From a virus (lineage: Duplodnaviria; Caudoviricetes), in the IMG/VR virus record IMGVR_UViG_3300014773_000009, positions 1 to 64,000 of that record: a stretch of DNA of 64,000 bases; one strand, 5' to 3'. The position numbers and the translations under genes are program-made. The notes below the pieces were generated by a model. It searched no databases, was not told where the DNA came from, and saw nothing but the letters and a program-made list of their open reading frames with translations. Shown piece after piece: positions 37,382 through 45,276 of this stretch (position 1 is its first letter; every line of letters starts with the position of its first letter).

Positions 37382-38923
37382 GTGGGCCGACAGACCATCA
37401 TCCAGCGAGGCACGGGCGAAGACGTCTTCGTCTACATGCACATCGAGGGAGCCTACATCGCCGAGCAGGCGAAGAAGGCCACCAAGGACACGGTCGTGTC
37501 CGAGCTCTGGGGTGCCGGAACGAGCGTCTACAAGACGGTCATCGCCGGGTACGGCGGGTGGCAGAAGTACATGGACACCATCGCGGGACTGGCGGGGCGC
37601 CGGAGCTTCGAGCACGAGTGCCTGACCACGTGGAGCGCGGGGTCCGAAGTCCTCAAGACGGTCTGCCGCGGCGCGCGCCAGCCACATGCGATCGTGTCGC
37701 TCGACGGCCTGTACGGTACCAAGCCTCCGGGCTCGAAGCCGGGGGACGGCAACGTGCTGTTCGACGCTGGTATCGAGGCGGTCGCGAACTACGCGGTCGC
37801 CGCGGCGCGCGGTGACCGGATCTTCGTCCTGCTGCACTCCTCGATCTCCACGCCCTACGGATCGAGCGGCGAGGTCGCCGCACGGATTCGAAGACACGTG
37901 GAGGAGACGCTCGGGCGGCCGATGGAGAACGACAGCTCCATCACCGCAGCCGAGCTCGACCAGCACCAGTTCAGCGAGGCGCTCGTGCTGGGCAATTTCC
38001 ACCTGCTCGAGTTCCCTGGGCGGGACGCCAAGGAGCATGTGCGTGAGGCGCACCTGTTCGACGAGGTCTGGCGACGCTGGATCCCGTGGGCAACCACGGA
38101 CAGCGGGACGCCTTCCGACGCCGTTCCGGCCGCACCGACGGTTCTCGGCCTGGGTGCCAAAGGCGACGCGGTGAAGACCTGGCAGACCTACCTCGTGGGG
38201 CGCGGCGCGCAGATCAAGGCCGATGGCGACTTCGGGCCGAAGACGGCATCGGCCACCAAGCAGTTTCAGCTCGAGCAAGGACTGGAGCAGACGGGCGAAC
38301 TCGACGCGGCCACGCGCGAAGCGGCAGGCCGCAACGGGTTCTGCCAACCGATGGGCGGTCCTCAGCAGCCGGTGGAGCAGCGTGGCGTCGAGTGGCCTCC
38401 GTTCCCGCCGTTTCAGCCCCTGGTTGGCAACGCCGCGCGCGTCGCGGCGTGGGGGGCGATCCGGTACGAGTCTGCGCCGACTCCGGGCAACCCAGAGGGC
38501 ATCAGGATCCTGGATGGCTGGGACCGCGCCAACATCGTGATGGTCGCGCTCCCGCAGCTGCGCGGACTGGTGGGAGCACCGGCCGACGGCCGCGTTCCGT
38601 TCCACCGCGCCGGCGCCGACCGCTTGCGCGAGCTGTTCGAGCGGTGGGAGCGCGCAGGGCTGCTTCCGTTGGTCAAGACGTGGGCGGGGAGCTGGGCCCC
38701 ACGATTCATCCGCGGTAGCCGCTCGACGCTGAGTAACCATGCTTTCGGGACCGCGTTCGACATCAACGCTGCCTGGAACCCGCTGGGGACGGTGCCCCCG
38801 CTCGCGGGGCGCATCGGGTCGGTGCGCGAGCTCGTTCCGATCGCCAACGAGCTCGGCTTCTTCTGGGGCGGACACTTCGCCTCACGCCCAGATGGAATGC
38901 ACTTCGAGTTGGCGACACCCTGA
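37382..38923 (+). CDS. Modular endolysin: alpha/beta-hydrolase-like N-term, PG-binding domain, M15 peptidase
   Basis: TWSAG..., VSLDG; G.KG..V..WQ..L..., DGDFGPKT..A...FQ; SNHAFGTAFDIN...WGG.F...DGMHFE. Confidence 0.85.
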   Translation: MGRQTIIQRGTGEDVFVYMHIEGAYIAEQAKKATKDTVVSELWGAGTSVYKTVIAGYGGWQKYMDTIAGLAGRRSFEHECLTTWSAGSEVLKTVCRGARQPHAIVSLDGLYGTKPPGSKPGDGNVLFDAGIEAVANYAVAAARGDRIFVLLHSSISTPYGSSGEVAARIRRHVEETLGRPMENDSSITAAELDQHQFSEALVLGNFHLLEFPGRDAKEHVREAHLFDEVWRRWIPWATTDSGTPSDAVPAAPTVLGLGAKGDAVKTWQTYLVGRGAQIKADGDFGPKTASATKQFQLEQGLEQTGELDAATREAAGRNGFCQPMGGPQQPVEQRGVEWPPFPPFQPLVGNAARVAAWGAIRYESAPTPGNPEGIRILDGWDRANIVMVALPQLRGLVGAPADGRVPFHRAGADRLRELFERWERAGLLPLVKTWAGSWAPRFIRGSRSTLSNHAFGTAFDINAAWNPLGTVPPLAGRIGSVRELVPIANELGFFWGGHFASRPDGMHFELATP

Positions 38924-38935
38924 GGAGGACCACCC

Positions 38936-39238
38936 ATGCGACAAGAAGCGCTCAACGTCGAGTGTCCCAACAGCATCGCCGCTGGAGCGGCGTTGCCGTG
39001 CGCCGGGCTGGTGAACAAGTACATCCACGTGCACGGCACCTTCACTGCGACCGTGTCGCTGGAGGGTCGAGCGCGCGGCGGGGCGACGCCATCACCGTGG
39101 GTGGTGATCGCAAGCGTGAGCGCGCCGGGGCTGACGGCTGTGCCTCAGCCCTTCGCGGAAGTGCGCTGCAACGTCACCGCCTTCACCTCGGGTGACCCGG
39201 AAGCGGTGCTCATGGGGGACAACTCCCGCACCGAGTAG
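38936..39238 (+). CDS. Small beta-sandwich hypothetical protein
   Basis: SD GAGGAGG; GTF.ATV.LEG....W pattern. Confidence 0.6.
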   Translation: MRQEALNVECPNSIAAGAALPCAGLVNKYIHVHGTFTATVSLEGRARGGATPSPWVVIASVSAPGLTAVPQPFAEVRCNVTAFTSGDPEAVLMGDNSRTE

Positions 39239-39402
39239 CGGATCGCCACGGCGTCGTCGTCTACGACGACCTCCACCATCTCGGGCAGCGTCGCGGCGAC
39301 AGCGGCCGCCGCGGCGCGCGCCACCGATTCGCTCACCCCCTCAGCGAGCAGACGATCCATCAGCAGGCGCTCGGCCAGGTCGCGGATGGTCTCTTCGTCC
39401 AC
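39145..39402 (-). CDS. Small hypothetical protein (antisense)
   Basis: Fills the gap before the portal promoter with a protein-like sequence, but overlaps the upstream gene by about 94 nt. Confidence 0.35.
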   Translation of the reverse strand: MDEETIRDLAERLLMDRLLAEGVSESVARAAAAAVAATLPEMVEVVVDDDAVAIRYSVRELSPMSTASGSPEVKAVTLQRTSAKG

Positions 39403-39420
39403 GCGACCCAGCGTAGGCTG

Positions 39421-39457
39421 GTGCCGTCGAGAGCACCACGCCGCGCTCGCCTACCGT
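39421..39457 (+). promoter_or_regulatory. Late-promoter motif copy
   Basis: GTGCCGTCG-N22-TACCGT-N6-GTG(39464). Confidence 0.6.
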
Positions 39458-39463
39458 GTGCGC

Positions 39464-41188
39464 GTGGCGAGCGTGGTGAAGGTGCGCGTGGCGGGTGGCC
39501 CGGACAAGGCGCCGCAGCCCCCCAACGCCGTGGGGCCGGACGAGAACAGGTTTGTGGGCGTCGGCGCGCTGGTGCCTCCCTACGACCCGCTGGTGCTCAG
39601 CACGATGTACGAAGAGTCGAGTGCGCTCCGGCCGAACGTGGAGGCGTACGCGGCCAACATCGAGGGCTTCGAGCACCACCTCGAGCCGACGCTCGACCTG
39701 GAGGCGAACGACGCGCGCGAAAAGCTTCGCGACGCCATCATGCTCGAGAAGCTTTTCGATGGGGAGGTACCCACGGTCACGGACGAGGAGATCGACACCA
39801 AGATGGTGGAGGTCCAGTCGGTGGCACGCCTGGAGCGCCTGTTCGTCGACTCCTGGTTTGATGCGTGCTGCAGCGACCTGAGCTTCACCGAGCTGCGTGA
39901 GCGAACGCGCATCGATCTGGAGGTGACAGGTAACGCCTACTGGGAGGTCACCCGCAACCAAAGCGGTCAGATCGCGCAGCTCGAGCACGTGGTCTCGACG
40001 ATGGTTCGGCTCATGCCGCTCGAGCGCACGCGCGTGGAGGTGTCCACCTTGCGACGCGTGAGCGCGCTCAGCGTGCGACGCCTCCAGCGGACCAAGCGGT
40101 TCAGGACCTACGTGCAGATGGTCGACGGAACCGAGGCCGTGTTCTTCAAGGAGCTCGGCGACCCGCGAGTCTTGAGCAGCAGAACGGGGCGGCGCTTTGC
40201 TTCTGCGGAGGAGTTGATGGCGACGGAGGGCGCCCCGCCAGCGACGGAGCTGATCCACTTCCGCATCTACAGCCCGCTCTCGGCCTACGGTGTCCCGCGC
40301 TGGATCGGCGCCACTCCCGCAGTGCTCGGAACCCGCGCCGCGGAGGAGATCAACGTCCTCTACTTCGAGGACAAGTGCATCCCGCCTATGGCCCTCTACG
40401 TGGAGGGTGCCACGCTCGAAGACGGCGCGCTCGACCGCATCGAGGAGATGCTCAAGGCCAGGATCAAGGGCCGCGAGAACTTCCACTCCCTGGTGCTTCT
40501 CGAAGCGGGTCTGGTCACGATGTCTGGACCCACCGGGGATCAGTCGTTCCTTCCCAAGATCCGGCTCGAGCCGCTGACGCAGTTTCAGCAGCAGGACGCG
40601 CTGTTCCAGAACTACGAAGCCAACAACGCCGAGAAGGTCGGCCAGCAGTTCCGGCTGCCCCGCATCCTCCGCGGCCAGATGACCGACTTCAACCGAGCCA
40701 CCAGCGAGAGCGCGCTCGAGTACGTCGAGCAGCAGGTGTTCCAGCCGGCGCGCCACAAGGTGGACCACGTCATCAACAACAAGATCCTGGCCGAGCTCCA
40801 AGTCCGGTTCTGGACCTTCGTGTCGGGCGCGCCCGTGGTCCGCAACCCGCCGGCGCTCGCGAAAATGATCTTCGACATGGTGCAATCGAACGTCATCACG
40901 CTGAAGGAGGCGCGCGAACTCATCGTGGACGTGTTCGGGCGCAACTTCGACGCCATCGACGAGGAGTGGACGCAGGGCCCGGTCGCTCGGCTGACGAACC
41001 AACAAAGCCCAGCCGCGGACGCGGTTCGCGAGATCATGGCGCTGCGCGCCGGCCTCGAAACCGCCGAGGCCGGCAGGCAGGAAACGCCGGCGGAGGCCGC
41101 AGCTGGGCACGCCCAGGCAACGTCGCTCGTCGAAGTGCTCGAGATTCCCTCCGACGAGTTCAGGGCGCTGTTCCGGCCGGCGGGGTGA
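39464..41188 (+). CDS. Portal protein (PBSX XkdE/P2 Q-like)
   Basis: PPYDP..L, DLEVTGNAYWEV.RN, ELIHF, YGVPRWI, QQDALF..Y, FRLP...G...DFNRAT. Confidence 0.92.
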   Translation: MASVVKVRVAGGPDKAPQPPNAVGPDENRFVGVGALVPPYDPLVLSTMYEESSALRPNVEAYAANIEGFEHHLEPTLDLEANDAREKLRDAIMLEKLFDGEVPTVTDEEIDTKMVEVQSVARLERLFVDSWFDACCSDLSFTELRERTRIDLEVTGNAYWEVTRNQSGQIAQLEHVVSTMVRLMPLERTRVEVSTLRRVSALSVRRLQRTKRFRTYVQMVDGTEAVFFKELGDPRVLSSRTGRRFASAEELMATEGAPPATELIHFRIYSPLSAYGVPRWIGATPAVLGTRAAEEINVLYFEDKCIPPMALYVEGATLEDGALDRIEEMLKARIKGRENFHSLVLLEAGLVTMSGPTGDQSFLPKIRLEPLTQFQQQDALFQNYEANNAEKVGQQFRLPRILRGQMTDFNRATSESALEYVEQQVFQPARHKVDHVINNKILAELQVRFWTFVSGAPVVRNPPALAKMIFDMVQSNVITLKEARELIVDVFGRNFDAIDEEWTQGPVARLTNQQSPAADAVREIMALRAGLETAEAGRQETPAEAAAGHAQATSLVEVLEIPSDEFRALFRPAG

Positions 41189-41192
41189 CGTC

Positions 41193-41462
41193 GTGGGCGT
41201 CCGCACCGAGCCGCACACGACGTGCGCGCGCAAGCTCAAGCCCGGCCAGGTGAAGCGGGTCACGCTGGCCGGGCCGCTGATCGGCTACCACATCGCCTGT
41301 CCCGGCTGCCGCTTCGTCGCCTCCTACCTCAAGGAGGAGGCGGGGTTTTTGGAGGAGCGGGACGATGCGGGTCCCGTGCTCCTCGGGCTCGGGCGTCGAG
41401 TCACCTGCATCCGGTGCCGGCGCGAGATCACCATGCGCGCAGGACGTCTCGAGGTCGCATGA
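41193..41462 (+). CDS. Small Zn-finger protein
   Basis: CPGC...CIRC. Confidence 0.55.
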   Translation: MGVRTEPHTTCARKLKPGQVKRVTLAGPLIGYHIACPGCRFVASYLKEEAGFLEERDDAGPVLLGLGRRVTCIRCRREITMRAGRLEVA

Positions 41463-43231
41463 ACGCGCGTCGCGCAGTCGCGGCACTCGACGACGTGCTG
41501 TGGGTCATTGGGCTCGAGCACGTGACCAAGGCCGTCCGCAGCCCGTTCTCGCGCGCGGGCTTCGACCAGATGGTCTCGTCGTTGGTGGCGGCCCTGCAGC
41601 AGGCCACGGAACCCCAGCGCCAGGCGGCGCTCGCCGCTGCGATCCAGCAGCTCGATCAGCGCTGGAGCGGCGTGACCGAAGGCGACCGCGCGCGGCTAGT
41701 GGCAACAGCGATGAGCCAGTACGTGGCCGGGTCGAGTGGCTTGGTGGCTGGCACCGCCGACGTTTTCGGCACGCACATGAGAGCGATCGCGGGCCGCACG
41801 CGCGCAGCCGCGAACCGGACCCACCAGCTCAGGCTGCCGCTCGAAGATCCGTTCGCGCTGATCGATCCGCGCGTGCTTGAGCACGCCCGCACATCGAACG
41901 CCCTGTTCGTGCGCAACGCGCGTGGCGCAATCGCCGAGCGGCTGTCCGGTGTGGCACGTGGGGTGGTGGCAGACGGCCTCTCTCGTGGCTGGGACGACGA
42001 CACCATCGCGGACGAGCTCGGCGTGGCGCTGCGCGGGTCCGAAGCGAAGCAAAGTCGCGGCTACCTCACCATGGTGAGCAGCGTGTTCGTGGCTCGCTCG
42101 CGCCACTACGCCACGCTCCGGTCATTCGAGCAGGCGGGAATCGCGACATACGAGCATGTGGCGGTGTTGGACGAGAGGACGTGCTCGGCGTGCAGGTTCA
42201 TGCACGGGCGCACCTTTCGCGTGCGCGTGGCGCTCGACCAGTTCACGGCGGTGTCCGCTGGTGGGCCGGAGTCCGTTGTGGAGCTCCAGCCGTTCATGCG
42301 TGCTGCGCGCTTGCCCAGCGGAGGACAGGTGATCGCGGTGCCATCTGGGGGTCAGGTCGTCCCGGTGGCTGACATCCAGGACAGCGGCGTGGGGCGTGTC
42401 GACGCGCTCGGCTCGTTCCGCGCGCGCGTGAGTGACGCTTCGATCCAGCGGATGGGGTGCGGCTGCCCGGTGCATCCGCGGTGTCGGTGCACGATCGTCC
42501 CAGGAGCCACGACCACTTCGGTGGCCGTCCCGGCGGGGCCGGGAGCGGCGCCCGCTCAGGTCAGTGCAGCGCCGGCAACGGAGCCACCGAAGCGAAGACG
42601 GCGTGGGGCTCCGGCCCAGATCTCTCCACCGCCACCGTCCACTCCTGCGGCGCCCACGTTCACTGTGGGCGTGCACGCCCTCTCATTCGAGAGCGACATC
42701 CCCAAAGCAGCACAGAAGGAACTGCTCGACGGCTTGGCCGCTCGCGTGCCGTGGGTCTTGCCGTTCCTCGAACGAACGCCCATCTCGACCCTCGCGGTCA
42801 AGAAGACACTCAAGAGCCGCCACTCCAACGGGAGCTACTGGATTCACCGCCACCGCATCGACGTCCGATGGAACCGCAGCGCCGGAACCTGGGGGCAAGC
42901 GCTGGAGCCCTCCACATGGTCCGTCTCACAGACGGGCGCCACCCGCGCCGAAGCTGTGCTGCGCACGCTGGTGCATGAACTCGGACACCATGTGCACCTC
43001 TCTGGTGCCAAGGCCAGGACGGAGCTCTTCCTCACGGTCGATCGGATCATTCGTGGCGCGTTCGTCGGGAGCAGACCCAGGCTCACGCAATACGCAGCGA
43101 CGTCGCCATCGGAGCACTTCGCGGAGGCCTTCGCCGCGTACGTGTTCGCCCCGGACGAGCTCAAGCGCGTGGACGGCGCTGCCTTCGACCTTGTCGAACT
43201 CGTGCTCGCGCAGCACGGGATCTTTCCGTGA
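41459..43231 (+). CDS. MuF (phage head morphogenesis) protein with C-terminal zincin metallopeptidase
   Basis: AVLDERTCSAC..MHG.TF and HPRCRCT (MuF); Pro-rich linker; HELGH and YA..SPSEHFAEAF..Y. Confidence 0.85.
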   Translation: MNARRAVAALDDVLWVIGLEHVTKAVRSPFSRAGFDQMVSSLVAALQQATEPQRQAALAAAIQQLDQRWSGVTEGDRARLVATAMSQYVAGSSGLVAGTADVFGTHMRAIAGRTRAAANRTHQLRLPLEDPFALIDPRVLEHARTSNALFVRNARGAIAERLSGVARGVVADGLSRGWDDDTIADELGVALRGSEAKQSRGYLTMVSSVFVARSRHYATLRSFEQAGIATYEHVAVLDERTCSACRFMHGRTFRVRVALDQFTAVSAGGPESVVELQPFMRAARLPSGGQVIAVPSGGQVVPVADIQDSGVGRVDALGSFRARVSDASIQRMGCGCPVHPRCRCTIVPGATTTSVAVPAGPGAAPAQVSAAPATEPPKRRRRGAPAQISPPPPSTPAAPTFTVGVHALSFESDIPKAAQKELLDGLAARVPWVLPFLERTPISTLAVKKTLKSRHSNGSYWIHRHRIDVRWNRSAGTWGQALEPSTWSVSQTGATRAEAVLRTLVHELGHHVHLSGAKARTELFLTVDRIIRGAFVGSRPRLTQYAATSPSEHFAEAFAAYVFAPDELKRVDGAAFDLVELVLAQHGIFP

Positions 43232-43436
43232 GGAGATCTTCCCCGGCGTCGATCCAGCTCTCGTCCTCTGCGAATAGCTCGATGGCCTCCATCCCCTCGG
43301 CTTCGAGGCCATCACCCAGCGCGTCTGCCATGTCGGCGTAGGCGATAGCGAAGGCGCCGATGGTGAGCTGCCCGGCGCGTGAGAGGGTCTCAGCGTCAGC
43401 CAGAATCTGCCTTACGCGGTCCATGTCCACGGCCAT
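43161..43436 (-). CDS. Small acidic hypothetical protein
   Basis: Follows the 43440 ORF; overlaps the MuF 3' end convergently. Confidence 0.45.
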   Translation of the reverse strand: MAVDMDRVRQILADAETLSRAGQLTIGAFAIAYADMADALGDGLEAEGMEAIELFAEDESWIDAGEDLLTERSRAARARVRQGRRQRRPRA

Positions 43437-43439
43437 GAC

Positions 43440-44369
43440 TTACCTCTGCGACGTATCCATCCCGCGTTTCGCCTTGGCGCGTTGGACCGCGACGTGCGGG
43501 CCCTCCTTCGCCGCCTTCGCAACCTTCACGAGCGGCTTCCCGGCTCCAGGCTGCGCCTGATAGTCGGTCTGGAAGGATTTGAATCGTTCGCGCGCGTCGC
43601 GCGGGTTGTTGGTCTTGTCGACGACCCGAAAGCGGCCGGCCACGGCGAACGGTCCAGCCTGGATCTCGTTGACCTCCGCGCTCGGCTCGAGCTGCCAGAA
43701 TCGCGCTTTGTCGAGCGTGGCTTCGACGCCAGGACCATCCACGTCCCTGGGCACCTTGCGACTCGAAAGGATGGCTGCGCTCGTCCAGCGTTCGACTCGG
43801 CCCGTTTTCTTGGCGCCGTCCGCACCAGTCTCCACCAGGTCGCCGTCCGACTTGAACGAGAAGCTGCCGCCGTCGATCGAGCCGTACACCAGCTCGAGCG
43901 GGGCTGGCGGACCGCGCCTCGATGTCTCGAGCGCGTTCACCTGCTCTGGATCGAGCATGTGCCGACCATCGATCCTCACGCTCGAGAGGCGCCGGTTCTG
44001 GATTGCCTGTCGGATCGCGCTCTCGTGAACGCCGCGATGCGCAGCGGCTTGCGCAACCGTCATCGAGTAGCGTGCGCGAACCTTGTCCATGTCGAGCGAG
44101 CCGAGCGCGAGGCGCTTGCGACCGAGCAGGTCAAGCATCACGTGGTAGGCCGGATCGGCAAACACAGCCTTGGTCACCGTGCCGCGCCCCGGCATGATGG
44201 TTTGGTCGAGCAGCGGGTTCTCCACCGAGTACAGGAGCTCGATGAACGTGGCCTCGGAGACGGTGACGTCTTCGACGCCGGCGCGGAGTCGATCCAGGAA
44301 CGCGTTCAGAGCAGGGGACAGTGCGGGGGTTGAGATCTTCTCGCCAGAGAGCAGGGTGAAGTGCGGCAT
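43440..44369 (-). CDS. Protein with central MerR-like/HTH_17 DNA-binding domain
   Basis: MTVAQAAAHRGVHESAIRQAIQNRRLSSVRIDGRHML. Confidence 0.7.
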   Translation of the reverse strand: MPHFTLLSGEKISTPALSPALNAFLDRLRAGVEDVTVSEATFIELLYSVENPLLDQTIMPGRGTVTKAVFADPAYHVMLDLLGRKRLALGSLDMDKVRARYSMTVAQAAAHRGVHESAIRQAIQNRRLSSVRIDGRHMLDPEQVNALETSRRGPPAPLELVYGSIDGGSFSFKSDGDLVETGADGAKKTGRVERWTSAAILSSRKVPRDVDGPGVEATLDKARFWQLEPSAEVNEIQAGPFAVAGRFRVVDKTNNPRDARERFKSFQTDYQAQPGAGKPLVKVAKAAKEGPHVAVQRAKAKRGMDTSQR

Positions 44370-44414
44370 CGCGCGACTCCGAGGTTTTGGAGAATAGGTC
44401 AGGGGAGGAAAACC

Positions 44415-44434
44415 GAGCCCCCGTGAGGGGGCTC
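44415..44434 (-). terminator. Intrinsic terminator
   Basis: 8-bp stem GAGCCCCC/GGGGGCTC with 4-nt loop, followed by GGTTTT on the - strand. Confidence 0.6.
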
Positions 44435-44438
44435 CAGG

Positions 44439-44750
44439 TCAGACGATCTCGGACAGGCCGAGGTAGCGGAGGTAGATGGCCTCCTGCGCGTAGTGGCGCT
44501 TCGCGAAGTCGATGACCTCGCGGAGCTTGGTCGCGTCCAGGATGGTCGCGAGCGCCACGATGTAGGCGCGGTTGGCATCACGGTAGGTGAAGCCACCGTC
44601 ACCGACCCACGCACCAGCCACGAGGCCAGGCGCACGGGAGAAACCACCGAAGTGGTCGAGCAAGAAGGCCTCGAACACGCTGTCGTGCTCGGGCGAGAAA
44701 GCCGCACCCTCGTTGCTCAGGACGGGGATGAGGATGGTGAACTCAATCAA
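44439..44750 (-). CDS. PII/ferredoxin-like small protein, SAM-lyase/DUF3574-like candidate
   Basis: TTG start with SD AAGGAG; FGGFS....G.W....G..Y.D and AK..Y.QEAI motifs. Confidence 0.55.
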   Translation of the reverse strand: MIEFTILIPVLSNEGAAFSPEHDSVFEAFLLDHFGGFSRAPGLVAGAWVGDGGFTYRDANRAYIVALATILDATKLREVIDFAKRHYAQEAIYLRYLGLSEIV

Positions 44751-44818
44751 GCGCTTGGTCTCCTTTGGAGTGCCCAGAACCGCTGGGCCGGGTCGGGCGT
44801 CTCGCCCTGACGAGAGAC

Positions 44819-44847
44819 AATCTAGCCACCCCAAAAACTGTCGTCAA
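44819..44847 (-). promoter_or_regulatory. sigma70-type promoter
   Basis: TTGACG-N17-TAGATT in an AT-richer patch. Confidence 0.7.
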
Positions 44848-44999
44848 CAGATAGGCGCCAGAAATCGACCGGCTACGTCGATTTCGACGCAACTGGGAGG
44901 CTCGGTGGTCGACTTCCATGCATGAGCCGAAGAACGCCAACGCCCGATCAGATCGCCCGCTTACTCGAGGCCGTCCGCCGCCACGCTCACCGCGCCGAG

Positions 45000-45230
45000 C
45001 TACGGCGCGCGCGCGCCCAGCTGCTTTGCGACGGTGTTCAGCGCGATCCGCGCCGGACCACCGATGGGGTGGGTGCCGCTGACCCAGCGGTAGAGGGTCG
45101 TCTTGTGGACGCCCAGGAGCTCGCACAGGGCCGCCGTTCCGCCCGCCTTCTCGGCGAGCTCGCCCCACGCTCCAGGGAGTTCGACCGGTCGTCCGGCTGA
45201 TGCCTGAGGTGCCTTCCTGCGCGCCGCCAC
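45000..45230 (-). CDS. Cro/XRE-like HTH regulator
   Basis: GGTAALCELLGVHKTTLYRWVSG; GTG 8 nt after a -10 box. Confidence 0.75.
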   Translation of the reverse strand: MAARRKAPQASAGRPVELPGAWGELAEKAGGTAALCELLGVHKTTLYRWVSGTHPIGGPARIALNTVAKQLGARAP

Positions 45231-45238
45231 GATGACGA

Positions 45239-45267
45239 ATCGTAGCGACGCGCAACTATCAAGGCAA
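45239..45267 (-). promoter_or_regulatory. sigma70-type promoter with operator
   Basis: TTGCCT-N17-TACGAT; operator-like CGCGCAACTATCAAGGCA at 45249-45266. Confidence 0.6.
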
Positions 45268-45276
45268 GGCGACAGC

